Assembly: GCA_039096225.1 (NCBI GenBank)
Contig: JBBPEB010000019.1
Coordinates: 186,001-250,000, forward strand
From: Blastocystis sp. Blastoise
Taxonomy: Eukaryota; Protista; Bigyra: Opalinata
DNA length: 64,000 nt
Direction: 5' to 3'
The translations under genes and the position numbers were made by a program. A model generated the notes under the pieces. The model worked only from the letters and a program-made list of their open reading frames with translations. It was not told the origin of the DNA and did no database searches. Shown here piece by piece: positions 27,492-40,539 of this stretch (the stretch's first letter is position 1; every line of letters starts with the position of its first letter).

Positions 27492-28525
27492 TTATTTTTT
27501 AACGCCAACTTTCGAAGATATTTGTTTTTTCTTTAAACATGGTTTTTCTTTCTTCATCGTATATAGTTCGTAACTCTTAATGTTTGTTTTTCCTTTTAAT
27601 TGATATCCATTCTTTTCATAAAACTCTTGTATACCATCTAATAATGATATTGTAGACAATTCAAATGAAGATACTATATATATATAATGATTAGTAATAT
27701 AAGAATATGTATAGATATACATGGATTTTGTGTATATGCAAATGTTTCCGCTCTAGATAATAATCTCGAAGCAATTCCTATTTTTCTATAATTCTTATGT
27801 ATTGCTAATCGACATATTTCAAATTGATTATTATCATGAAGATTATTTTTATTATTATTATTATCATCTTTATTATTATCTTTATTATCATCTTTATTAT
27901 CATCTTTATTATCATCTTTAATATTATTATCTTTATTATCATCTTTATTATCTTTAATATTATTATCTTTATTATCATCTTTATTATCTTTAATAATTTT
28001 ATCTTTATAATTATTATTATTCTTCAATTGAATCGACTTTAAACCAATACAACTAGAGTATAATACTTTTAAATAAATATATATAAAGATAAAATACCCT
28101 ATAATCTTTCCAGTCTTATTTGTTGCTACCCATTTTTTATATGGCAAATCACTAGTTATGAAATTTATAATAAAAACATAAGTAATTCCAATCATATACT
28201 TTTGAAATTTAGGTTTCACAAATTCTCTTTTGATCATACCCTTCACAAACTGTTGGACATCTTTGTTTTCAAAAGCAAGTTGACTATGAACTTGTTTTAA
28301 CAAAAAAATGACTGAATGGAGATCTTTTTCTTTCATTTCCCTTATATTATAAATGGAATGATCATCTGTTGTATCAAACTAATAAATAAATCAAAATATA
28401 CAGAATATTAGAATACATACATCAGCAACTAACCATTCAAGCTGTGAATAATCTATTTTATTTCTTGTGTTCTGATAGAATTTTATTTGCTGAGAATCTT
28501 CTTCGTTATATTCTTCCTTTGTCAT
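27492..28525 (-). CDS. GNAT-family N-acetyltransferase (NAT8/camello-like), multi-exon, with KDDN low-complexity insert
   Basis: IREMKEKD, WVA...GKIIGCIGL, EICRLAIHKNYRKIGIASRLL (acetyl-CoA motif A), FYEKNGY. Confidence 0.8.
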
Positions 28526-28595
28526 TAGATCTTTGAAAAAATATTTAAAAAAAATAGTAATAAAAATCTGGAATTGTTTTTTTTTATTGTTACGT

Positions 28596-30329
28596 ATGAG
28601 TTTTCAAACATTAGAAAATGTTAGATATAAAATCCATTCAATACAAGTCCTGAAAAATCTACCAGATTCAGAAAAAGCTATGAATATCATGAAATGGATT
28701 CAAGCGATGGTATTTTTATCTTCATTTATATCAAATGTTTATTCTATTTATTATAATTATAGAGTAAGGAAATATTAAATGAATATCATTGGACAGTTGG
28801 TCTCTTAAAAGAATTTATTCCTAATGACTCCTCTTTATTAGGTTTGAATGAAAACAGTGGAGAGATTATTTCTATTCGAAGTATATAATGTAAAATTGAT
28901 TTATAATATGTATCATTATGATTTTTTTTAGTGAGAAATGTAAATGATCAGACTCAATTTTATCGTGATTGGGATATTATGGGTACTTTTCTTCATGAAC
29001 TCGTTCACAATAAAATAGCACCTCATAATGAAGAATTTAATAAATTACTTATTGAATTAAAAAGAAAATTCTTAAAAATAGTTCATAAAACTCCAAAATC
29101 ATTTCAATCTATTGGTATTTTATTTACTATTTTATGTTTATTATATATATTTTTTGTATGTTATTTATTTTATTACGATTATTATATATATATTTTATGT
29201 TTATTATATATGTATTTATGTTTATAATTATTATTATTATATATATATTTTATGTTTATTATATGTTTATAATTATTATTATTATTATATATATAGGAAA
29301 TAGACTTGGAGGTCGATCTAGAATACCTTTAACGCCTTACGAACGTCTCCAAATGACTTTATTAAATAATAAGGTATTATTATTATTAATATTATTATTA
29401 TTTACTTTTACATAATAATTTTTAATCTAATAATTTTTTTATTTGTTAATAAATATAATTTAATGTTATATTATAATTTATATCCACTTATATATATATA
29501 ATATATAATATATAGAAACATAATATTCATGGAACACAAGGAGGTACTAGACTTGGATCTCAATTAGAAAGTAAAAAATCGCGGTTATTATCTCTTTCTT
29601 TACCTTCTCTTTCCAATAAATATCTGCCTTCTCCTTCTCCTTCTTCTTCTCCTTCTTCTTCTCTATTATCAGCATCTAAAAATGAGCATTTAAATGAAAA
29701 GAATCATATTCAATTAAAAACAATGAATATAAAAGATAGGGATACTACTAATAAATCAAATGAAAATGAATTCTATATATCCAGTACTATTCATAATAAT
29801 AATGATCCAATTGAGAACTACGACTCTTTCATTCATGACTCTATTTCTACTTCTTCAACAGATATTCTATCTTACTCATTATTTGATATGTATATATATA
29901 ATATCTATTAATGATTTTCAAGTATATATTAACTTATATAGTTGGACTTGTTCTAAATGTACATATATAAACAAACACTTTAAAAATTCTTGTGAAATGT
30001 GCTACTCAACAAGGCAAAGTAAAAAACGTATTCATTTATCATTTCTTTATAATAAATAAAACTAACTATACATTATAATCAATATTTAGAAGAAAATGAT
30101 ACTGTTAATATCCACTTAAATAATGGTTCATCGTCAGATTTCCATCAATTCAAGTATATGTTTTTATTACCTTCAAATAAATATTGCTTATAGAACAGAC
30201 ACTAATTGGATTTGCCAAAAATGTCAACATATCCTTCCGAATACAATTCTTTCATGTCCAATATGTCATGCTAAGAAAATGACATCTGATGCTGTAATCA
30301 ATTTAATATCAGACAGTGATGAAGAGTAA
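28596..30329 (+). CDS. WSS1: Wss1-like WLM metalloprotease (DNA-protein crosslink repair) with two RanBP2-type zinc fingers
   Basis: WTVGLLKEFIP, LLGLNENSG, TFLHELVHNKIAPHNEEF (HExxH), GNRLGG, WTCSKCTYIN...CEMC, WICQKC...CPIC. Confidence 0.88.
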
Positions 30330-30660
30330 GTTTTTCATTTGAATATAAAATTCACATACAATTCACATAAATTCGAAACGAATTGTTGTTTATTATTTTT
30401 GTTTTGTTGTCAACACTTATTTTTATAAAGATTAGCATCAATCTATTTTTATTTTTAATATCTTATCTCAAACACATGACTGAATATATATTAAATTATG
30501 ACAGAGTCGTTTGTGTCTTTGAAATTCGTATTTACGGGAAATTTTTATTACACACAAAAATCATTATTTTTTTTTTAATTTATTTTTTTTATCATAAAGT
30601 GTTTCGTTCTTTCAATTATATTATCATTTTGCTTGAATTATTTCTAAGGATTATCTGAAG

Positions 30661-33299
30661 ATGCAAACAGATTTTGGAATGTGTGTTCAAAACTGGATTC
30701 TCACGCTTCTCTATGTTTCATGGTATTTTTTTTTTGATTCTATAGATTATAAAATATTGTAGTGGGATTACAATAGCAGCAAGTGTTATTCAAATATGGA
30801 TTTATTATCGATTTCCTAAAACTAGACGACATCCAAACTCTATTATGATATATCGATCGTATGTATTCATTATTACATCTAATCTACTATTCATTAAAGA
30901 TTCTTCGATGGTTTCTACTGTATTTCGTTTATTCTCTCTACAAAAATAGAATTAACTGGAGAAAACTGTGAAACACCTTTTGGTATATTTACTTTTTTGT
31001 GTCTATCATAAAATCTATATAATGTTATATTATATATATAGGAAGAGGTTTGTCTATGCTTTCACAAATTTGTTTGTTGGGTTCAGAATTGTCTTGTTTT
31101 ATTGCTGTTATTTATATGCTTCCTTTAGTTGTTAATTACTTATCAAATTACAAACAATATCAAATATAGTATAATTATTCAAACATTGTTATTATTTATA
31201 TCTATATGTTATATATATATATATATATAGTTTTGATGTTGGTTTTGTTATATTCAGTTTTATATCTGGTATAATTGTATTTATTAATCCTGACTGGCAA
31301 GGACGTCACGATACAGGATTATGTTGGGTCAACTCACTTCCTACAGATCCTGTGTTTAATTAGTATATTTTATTTATTATTTTATTTATTTTTTATGTAT
31401 TATTTTATTTATCTTTTTTTTTTATTATTATTTTATTTATTTTTATTATTATTTTATTTATTACTATTTTTTATTATTAATATGATGCTGACTATCTATT
31501 ATTTCTCTAAATATATCTATAGTAAGACTTTGGATTTCTTCTATATTCCCACGGCTATTTTATATATAGTAGGATATATAATATTATGGATAATACATCA
31601 GCATTTGGACGAACTTCCTTTCTCTACTGCTAATAGTGATCCCAAGGAAAATCATGAAGGTATGAAGCATATACAAAATGATACCAAACAAGAAGAAGAT
31701 AATGCTATTGAAGTATAATAATATATTTATTTATTTATTATTTATACAAGTATTTGAAATAGTATTTCTTTTTATTATTATATATATTATATTATATATA
31801 TTATATAGTATCGAGTAGAAGTATTACAAAGAGCATTTTTGTATGAATTATGTTATCCTGTATATTGGCTAGTTATTGCTGTTACTTATTTTGTGATTGA
31901 ACAGACGGGTCTCTCTCTCTTCCTCAAAGACACGAACTCTAGTGTTATTCAAGTATTATCAGCAAGTTTATACTTATTGATGGGTTGTCGTGGGATATTA
32001 ACCTTTATATTATTTTGTTGTGAACTCAAATTAGATGACTTTAATAATGTATATATATATACATATATCTATAAGTGAGCTCATTATATAGGAAACAATT
32101 ACATTAATGAATAGTGATGATACGTTGAATCCCCATTTACAACAGTCGGTGCGTCATCAAGTCATGCAATTCTTCTCTTCTGGAGTTGAAGTATATATAT
32201 ATATAACAAGTATTACTATTGTATTCTATATATTCTAGTTTCTCAATGATGTTCAGAAAGATTCTAATGATTCTAAATCTAAATCTGAAACCACGACCAA
32301 TTCTGCACCTGCCACTAGCGAATCATCTTCTGTTGCGTCCCCCGCATCCCCCACATCCCTCTCGGGAACAACCAATATAATTACATATAAAGAAGCTCAA
32401 CAGAAACGAGTGGATAATATTATGAAGCAAACTACTAAAGTCGTAAATATGTGTGTGAAATATTATCCTGGTATATATATAGATATTCTAATATTGTATT
32501 ATATATTATTAATATATTGTTATATTAATAATATATTATTCTATTTATATATATATATATATAGTTCAAGAATCAGCAGATATATCGAATGAGAAAGTAT
32601 CTGTAGATTCACCGCATTATATTCCAAGTATAATGACAAAAGAAAGTCTTCAGACTATTCTCTCGAACTGCAGTTTACATAGTGAGATGGCATCAGAAGA
32701 TACTCTTATTAAACATGAATCCAGTTCATCCAATCATATTTATTATCCTGATGTATTCAGTAAAACGGCTCTTCCACGATTTAAATATTCATTTAGTAAT
32801 AGTAATAATAACCTTAATAAATATAATAATAATAGTAATATGCATATATCTAATACATTAGAAACAGATAACTTACATCATGCTAATTCTTTAAGTATTC
32901 CTTCATCTTCTAATAATAATAATAATAATATCTCAGATAATAATAATATTCCAGATAATAATAATATCACGGATAATAATAATTCTTTTCCTCTTATTTC
33001 GAAGTTCCGTCAGTTCTTCTCTTTAAGACATATACGAGATAATATAAGTAGTGTATCTATAAATTCAAATAATAACCATGAGAATATGAATACTACAATT
33101 CCTGTAATTCCTAGTTATTCGTCTCTTCATTCTAAAGTTATCGAAAGTACATTACCTTCTCCTGCTACTCTCTCTGGGGGTCTTCAAGAACCTTTATTAA
33201 TACATACACAACAAGCAGAAGGAGAAGATATAGAGAAGAATCACAGTATTATTGATATGAATGCTAATTATTCAAATAATGGCAAGAATAATAATATTG

Positions 33300-33337
<38 letters not shown>

Positions 33338-33374
33338 CATAATAATAAACATAATAATAAACATAATAATAAAC

Positions 33375-33457
<83 letters not shown>

Positions 33458-36400
33458 CCTCTTCCTCTTCTTCCTCCTTCTAGCCCTAATAACTCTAATA
33501 ACTCTAATAACTCTCAATCCGTAGTTGCTGAGCCCTGTATGGAACAGACTATCGATATTCCCACGGTAAAACAGACCTCTCAGTCGGTAGCTCATAAAGA
33601 AAAGAGTATTGTATTCACAGAAATGTACCCTACTCTATTCTTAAAGATACGTAATCTATATAATATTGATGAAAAAGAATATATGGATGATATTACACAT
33701 GTATATATATATATTATTATTATTAGTAATATTAACATTTATTTTTTATTTTTTATTTTTTATTTTAATATATTATATTGTTCACTATATACTATAATAA
33801 ATATGTATATATATATATATAGTTACAAAATGAAAGTAGTAGTGAGGGTGCCAGTAGTTCTTTCTTCTTTGCCTCAAGGTCAGGAAAATATCTTATTAAA
33901 AATATTCAGAAATCAGAGTATAATATATTAGTAAGTATTCTTAAAGATTATTATATACATATACATGATATGCTCAATCAAACGAGAATATTAAAGAAGG
34001 AATGTAAGGATAAAATAGTAAAGACGAGACAAGAAAAACAAGGAAATAAAAAGAGAATTGTAGAAATAGGTGACGCACCTGATGTTCCTGAACCAAACTC
34101 TATGAATATTTATAATACTATTTCTGTTCAAATCAATAATAGTGAGAATGATATTATGTATTCAGATGAAAAGACTGTTTATCCAAGAGATGTCTCTTTC
34201 AATAACATAAGAGCTTCTTCTTCTGCTTCTTCATTATCTATTGCTAATAGTATTAGTAATAAAAATTTGAATAAAATGAATAGTGTGAATAATAATAGTA
34301 ATAATGATAATAATAACAATAATAGTAATGCTGATAATAATAATAGTTCAAATGTTTTATCTTCAGAATTACCAAAGTATCTTTCAGGAGGTCTTGCAGA
34401 AAATAGCACGTGCTTCGTATGTTCTCCAGAATATCAAGAAATCAATCAAATAGAAGAAGAAGTTAAACGTCTTTCTATTGGAGCTCAAGTTGATTCACCA
34501 CTTATTAAAGATCCTTCAAAATATCTTATTACTTCTCCCTCCATTTATCGTGCAACACCCTTAAGTACAAAATCTGATTCTGTACGAAGTACAGTAAGTA
34601 CACAGAGTGCTTCTAGTGTGAATGATGTGTCCTATAAGAAACATCTTCTCTCAAGGATTCTCTCTCCTTTCTCTCATAGTCATTCTTTATCCTCTTCTTC
34701 TTCTACATCTATTTCTACTCAAGATATTCATATTGATAATAATATTACAAATACTAGTAATAATAAAAATTTTCTTAATAATACTAATAGTAATGATATT
34801 CATAATGATATTCATAATGATATTCATAATGATATTCATAATGATATTCATAATGATATTCATAATGATACGCAATCTATTCAAGACCCTCCAAGTAATA
34901 TATATATAACTGACATCCATAACCGCGGGAATCAGGATGAGGAGTCCATTGATTTTATTCCTCCTCTTACTCTGAATGCTATTGAAAGTATTACCGAAGA
35001 ACAAGAAAGGATACCTGAAAATACCCGCGAAAATGAAGGTATCAATTGTAATTACTCAGTTTCTTCTTTAAATGGAGTGAATACTAATAATGAAAGAACA
35101 ACTATTTCTTTAAATACTTCCACTTCTAGTATAAATAACACTATTCACAATGAAGGTCCTCTTGCAAGTCCTTCTGAATATCAGGATTCCCACGGGGATG
35201 ATAGTACATCTATGAAATGTTTACCTCGCAGTATTCGTATACGAAATCGATCCAGCAGTGGTCAACACCCTTCTCTTACTACTCCTACTTCTACACATAA
35301 CTCTATAAATAACCATTTATCACGGACTCTCTCGGGAAGTACAGGACATTTGAAAGGAGACAAGAAGATGAAAGATGCTATTATTTATAGTATATTTATT
35401 TATTCATTCTATTTTATTTTATTTTGTTTTATTTTATTCTATTCTATTTTATTCTATTTTATTTTTAATAATATTTTATTTTTTTTTTTTTAATTATTAT
35501 ATTGACTTTTGTTTATAACTAATGTGATTATAATTTCATTGACTATTCTATCTTTCTCTCTATATTCTATATACATACATATTATACATATATATACTAC
35601 TATTTCTGTATAGATGAGTTCTGGTCTCCAAGTGATGAAATAGAATTAAATGAAGTTTGTCAAGGATCATTTCTCTGTAGATATTATGGATTATATAAAA
35701 TGAATATATTTAATCAAACTCATTACTTTGTTGTTATGAATAATTTCTTCCCTCCCGAAGGAGTACAAACTAAATATGACTTGAAAGTATGCATTTTATT
35801 TATTATATTAATTATTATATTATTTATTATATTTATTATATTTATTATATTTATTATATTATTATATTTATTATATTTATTATATTTATTATATTTATTA
35901 TATTTATTATATTTATTATATTTATTATTATATTTATTATTATATTTATTATATTTATTATTATATTTATTATTATATTTATTATTATCTTTATTATATA
36001 CATATTGAATAGGGAAGTAGTATGAATAGATCAGGAAAGGATATCGCACTTGGAAGTATATTAAAATGTAGTGTTTGTAAGAAAATATACAAATATGGAG
36101 AGAAATGTACATGTATAGATGGAAAGGAGCATATTCCTTCTGTTACTTATAAAGATAACGATATTCGTGGGACACTTCCTATATGTGAAGAATATAGTAG
36201 AATCTTATATATGCAATTATCGAATGATGTTGATTTCTTGGCTTCTCATAAGATTATGGATTATAGCTTATTACTAGGTGTATATACAGATAGTATTACT
36301 AGAGAAGAATATACAAGTATATTGAATAAAAGAAATGATGTAGAGAATGAAAATCGAGGGACTACACCTGCGGATGAAATGGAAAACACTCATTTGTATA

Positions 36401-36745
36401 TATATATATATATATATATATAATTATTTAATTATTTAATTATTTATTCAATATATAGTGGTTCAAATGATTTTATTACTTGTAATCCAGTATATATATA
36501 TATACCATATTCTATATAAATAACTTTTTATATATAGAATAATCCTCAAGGTATTCCAGCTGAAATTATTCAATTATCTCCAAAGTATTATTTTGGTATA
36601 ATAGATATAATATCAGTATATGATAATTCACGTTGGTTACAACACTGGTTAAAATCATTTTTCCATCCAAGTCAACGAAGTGAGATTTCTGCTACTAATG
36701 CAGAAACATATCAAAAACGATTTAAAGAAAAAGTTTTAGATCAAG

Positions 36746-36777
<32 letters not shown>

Positions 36778-36868
36778 TCCTACTTTCTATGTCATCTTAT
36801 TTATATCTATTATATATATATAGTATATTAAGTATCAGAATCATAGAAACCTTCCTCATATCTATTAA
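30661..36868 (+). CDS. GPCR-PIPK fusion: cAR-like 7TM receptor plus phosphatidylinositol-phosphate kinase domain, multi-exon
   Basis: N-terminal TM helices with RRHPNSIM, Q...LGSE and CWV. Linker VRHQVMQFFSSGV (LRxGI-like). PIPK motifs FTEMYPTLF..IR, EGASSSFFF, KYLIK, RYYGLY, VVMNN, YDLKGS, KDND, DVDFLASHKIMDYSLLLGV, YYFGIID, YQKRF. Confidence 0.9.
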
Positions 36869-37232
36869 AAATCATAATCACAGTCTTTTTTTTAATTATT
36901 ATAAAATTATTTTTTTCTTTTTTCCCTTTTTTTCTTGTATTCTTTGACATATATATTCTTAATAAATAAATATATATATATATATATTATTCTATTGTAT
37001 AACATAAAATTTTATTTTTGTTTTTGTTTTTGATCATATTCATAAGAATATATATATAATATTATTTAAATATAAATAACAAAACAAAAGATAGCAATTC
37101 AAACACATAAATGCAATATTAAACTATAGTTCAAACAAAAGGAATAACAGAAAAAAGCAAAACTAGAATATAATACAAGTCAAAAAAGAATATAGAAAAA
37201 ATATATAAAAAAAAAAAAATAATGAAATATAC

Positions 37233-38617
37233 TTAAACACGATCTTGTTGTACATAATATACAATTTTTTCTTTATCTTTCATAATTTTACTAGCGACAC
37301 TAAATGAGTAAGCACCCATATTTCTAAATAATAACCAATCACCAATTTCTAATTTAGGTAAAGAAATAGGATTTTCTAATAAAGTATGTTTGTTAGTACT
37401 CGAACCAACGATATAAGAAGGTGCAAAGCTATCTTCATCACTTAATAATGAATTTGTTGATGAGACAGAAAGAGGTTCAGGGACTTCATCTTGATAATCA
37501 TCACTCAAAATTCTTCTTCTAAAAGCACCTTGTAAACTCTCATTAATCTTATAAACATAATTATCATTAACTTCTTGAACAGATTCAATTCTTGTACATA
37601 AATCAGCACAATGATCACTGAAATAACGACCAGGTTCAGCAATTAATAAATTATTTTCAATTAAATTATATTTCTTTAAAGAGTTTTGAATACTATTCGC
37701 TCTTAAAGCAAATAAATTAACATCATCTTCTTCAGAATCAAAACTAACCCAACCTCCACCTAAATCAATAACATGGAAATGATAGCCTAATCCATTAGCA
37801 AGGTCAAATACTTTTTTAACAGAGGCAATAGCATCATTAAACATGGTTTCTGATTGACAAGAAAAATCTAAATGAAAAGAAACACCTACAATATTAGCAT
37901 GAATCTCTAAACCATGTAATAAGATCTCTTCAACTTCCTCAATACTAGCACCATATTTAGGTAATTCATTATGTTCTAATGAACTATAGAAAAAATAGAG
38001 TATAAATTTTGTATTTATTATTTTTTTTTAAATATATATATATTTAATGATAAAAATTCAATAATAATTATATATATATACCCATCATCTACATAAATAT
38101 GTAATAATAAATCAATATCTTGAAAATGAGAATCAAATAAGTCTTCCATCTTATCTAATTCTTCAACGCAATCAAATTTAGTAATATGAATTTGTTGTTG
38201 ATACATTGTTCTTAAATGTAAAGTTGATTTAATAGGGTTAGAATAGATAATACTACTTCTAGGGACATAATAATTTAATAATGTAGATATTTCTTTAGGA
38301 CTATTGCAAGCAAAACCTACATAAGGCATCATACTAAGTAATTTTATAATTCCTTGTGAAGGATTACTATTTAAAGCATATAAGGGATAAGTGTTTGGCA
38401 TATATTTAAACCATTCTTTGTATTGGTTAACGATGGAAGCACAATCAACAAAGAAATAAGATCCAGTGTGTGAGTGAGACTCAACATATTCAGAATAATA
38501 ATCATCAACATCTTTATCATTAGGAACAATATCAACGTCTTCAAATTCGTTTATAAAACTCTTTAAATTAAATGAGTTCACTTTATTAATATCAATAGCA
38601 TCAAAATGTAACGACAT
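37233..38617 (-). CDS. Ornithine decarboxylase-like protein, probably catalytically inactive (antizyme-inhibitor-like), 2 exons (intron 37984..38081)
   Basis: PLYALNSN, GFACNS, IIYSNPIK, FDCVEELDK, KYGA, GVSFH, IDLGGGW, IAEPGRYF, IGDWLLFRNMGAYS. The PLP lysine and the catalytic Cys motif are substituted. Confidence 0.88.
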
Positions 38618-38699
38618 GTTTTCAATTATAGAAAATATATTAATCAAATATTTCTTTATAAATTCAGAATAGAAAAAAAAATAAAATGAAAGTCTCAGA

Positions 38700-38896
38700 T
38701 TATCTTTCTTCTGACACCCACTGTGTCATTGGTGATAAAAAGACAATATTCGATGAAACAAGAATACGTCGATTTTCTCTGAATCCTTGTTGTATATCCT
38801 CCAATAATTTGATTTATAAGAACATTAGACTACACTTGATTGGATTTCAACGAAAACGGATATAGTGTCACAATTACCCAGGGGTAAGTATCCCAT
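38700..38896 (-). promoter_or_regulatory. Putative structured 5' leader of the ODC-like gene with uORFs (38896-38825, 38825-38814, 38729-38700)
   Basis: MGYLPLGNCDTISVFVEIQSSVV*, MFL* (TAATG overlap) and MTQWVSEER*. Hairpins TGACAC/GTGTCA and AACAAGGAT/ATTCTTGTT. Locally higher GC. The transcription start is unknown. Confidence 0.4.
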
Positions 38897-40539
38897 TTTA
38901 TTTGCTAGTCTAACTTGAGAAAGAATTCAACAGAACAACACGATATGGTTTTCATTCTACAGCGTCATTTTCATTTTTATTCGTAAAAAACTATCATTTT
39001 GGGTATTTTTTTCCACCATTTGGAATTATGAATAAAAAGTTCTTTTCTTGACTGGATTCAGGAGATCTCGCTTTTTATTTCTACTGTTATATTGTTATAA
39101 CTGTATTTATTTCTCTCCAAGATTCTGTACTTGTTTTTTTTATTGTTTTATATTATATACAGTTTAATAATGAGATATATTATATAAATATATGAATATT
39201 ATACTAAGAAATCGAACAATAGTATAAAAACTAATTTCTTTTCTTAAAGTGAATATCTAAAGAAATTCTTTTGTTAAGCTATAATTTAGTATCCTGAATA
39301 GATCATAAAAGCTTACGAAATAAACAAAATTTCTAAATGAAACATAACATTATTCTTTTTATCCAAAAAACTAATGTATCCTCTGTATACAGTTTAGAGT
39401 GACACTAAAAATTATTACTTTTAATCAAAACAATTCACTTTAGTATTCAATTAGCTGAATATAAACTTAGATTTCATGCTATTATACATTCATCTAGATA
39501 AAACCATCTGGACTATGTATTTCGAGTATATTTCAATCAAAAAAGAAAGAAAAATTTAATTGATATTTAAAACTAACGAATGATGCTTTCATTTTTCTGA
39601 TTATATCAAATAAAACAGATTAAACTCTCATCATATCGTCAATCCACATTTTTATTAAAATAATTATCAATTCTTTATTTAACAATACAAAAATATATTT
39701 TTGCTTATAAAAATTTTACATTTTTTATGCTCACAACATTTTTATATTCATTTTTTTTTATTTTTAATTTTATGTTTATTAATGATAAGTGAAATATAAT
39801 ATGTAACATACATGATTCATTTTCGTTGATTTTTATCAACAATGAAAAAAGTAGTTTTTGTCCAATGTCATTCATATATATAACTATATGAATTTCTCTA
39901 ACATCCACTTATTTTTAATATGTAATTACATTAAAAATACTCATATCAACAGTATACGAATGAAAATAAAAAATGAAAAGCTGGAAGTACTTGAAAAATA
40001 ATTTGTATAAAAATTCTTTTGGGATTCAAATTTTATGAAAATGACAGTTTCTTGGGTATTTATAGGCTCTCAAGCCGTAGAGAACACACTTTCTCAGAAT
40101 ACAAACCTGACTGAAAGTACAATTTTGATGAGGACGATTAAAATGACACAATTTTTTATTCAAAACAAAGAAAAGCAAAAGAGAAAAAATTCGTTTTTAC
40201 AATTCATTTTTTTAGAATTCCGTCCTAAGTAGGGAATCATGCCAAAAAAGTTTTTCTGTTATTTGAATCATCGACAAACCCATAAAAATTCTTTGTCAAA
40301 TAGATCCTAACAGAGTTTTTTTCTTACCCTATTATTTCTATATGATGATATTACCTTAACTAAAAACCAAAAAGATGAAAAAGCAGATGAAAAGTCATTT
40401 GATATAGACAGCTGTTTTTCTTTATCCATTAATTTTTCAGTCACCATTCTTAACCCCTATGTAACATCATTCCTTTATTTCTGAACAGTATTACATATTT
40501 TATTTATTCTGTATTTATCCAACAGCAAATTTTATAAAC

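Noticed and set aside
38799-38891. Bona fide U1 or U2 snRNA gene
   Set aside because: Lacks the U1 stem-loop I/II protein-binding loops and U2 stems I/IIa, and the branch-pairing GTAGTA is GTAGTC. Kept only as a finding.
39000-40500. ORFs 39705..39908 and 40035..40232, or a transposon in the long intergenic region
   Set aside because: No protein motifs, terminal repeats or target-site duplications recognised.
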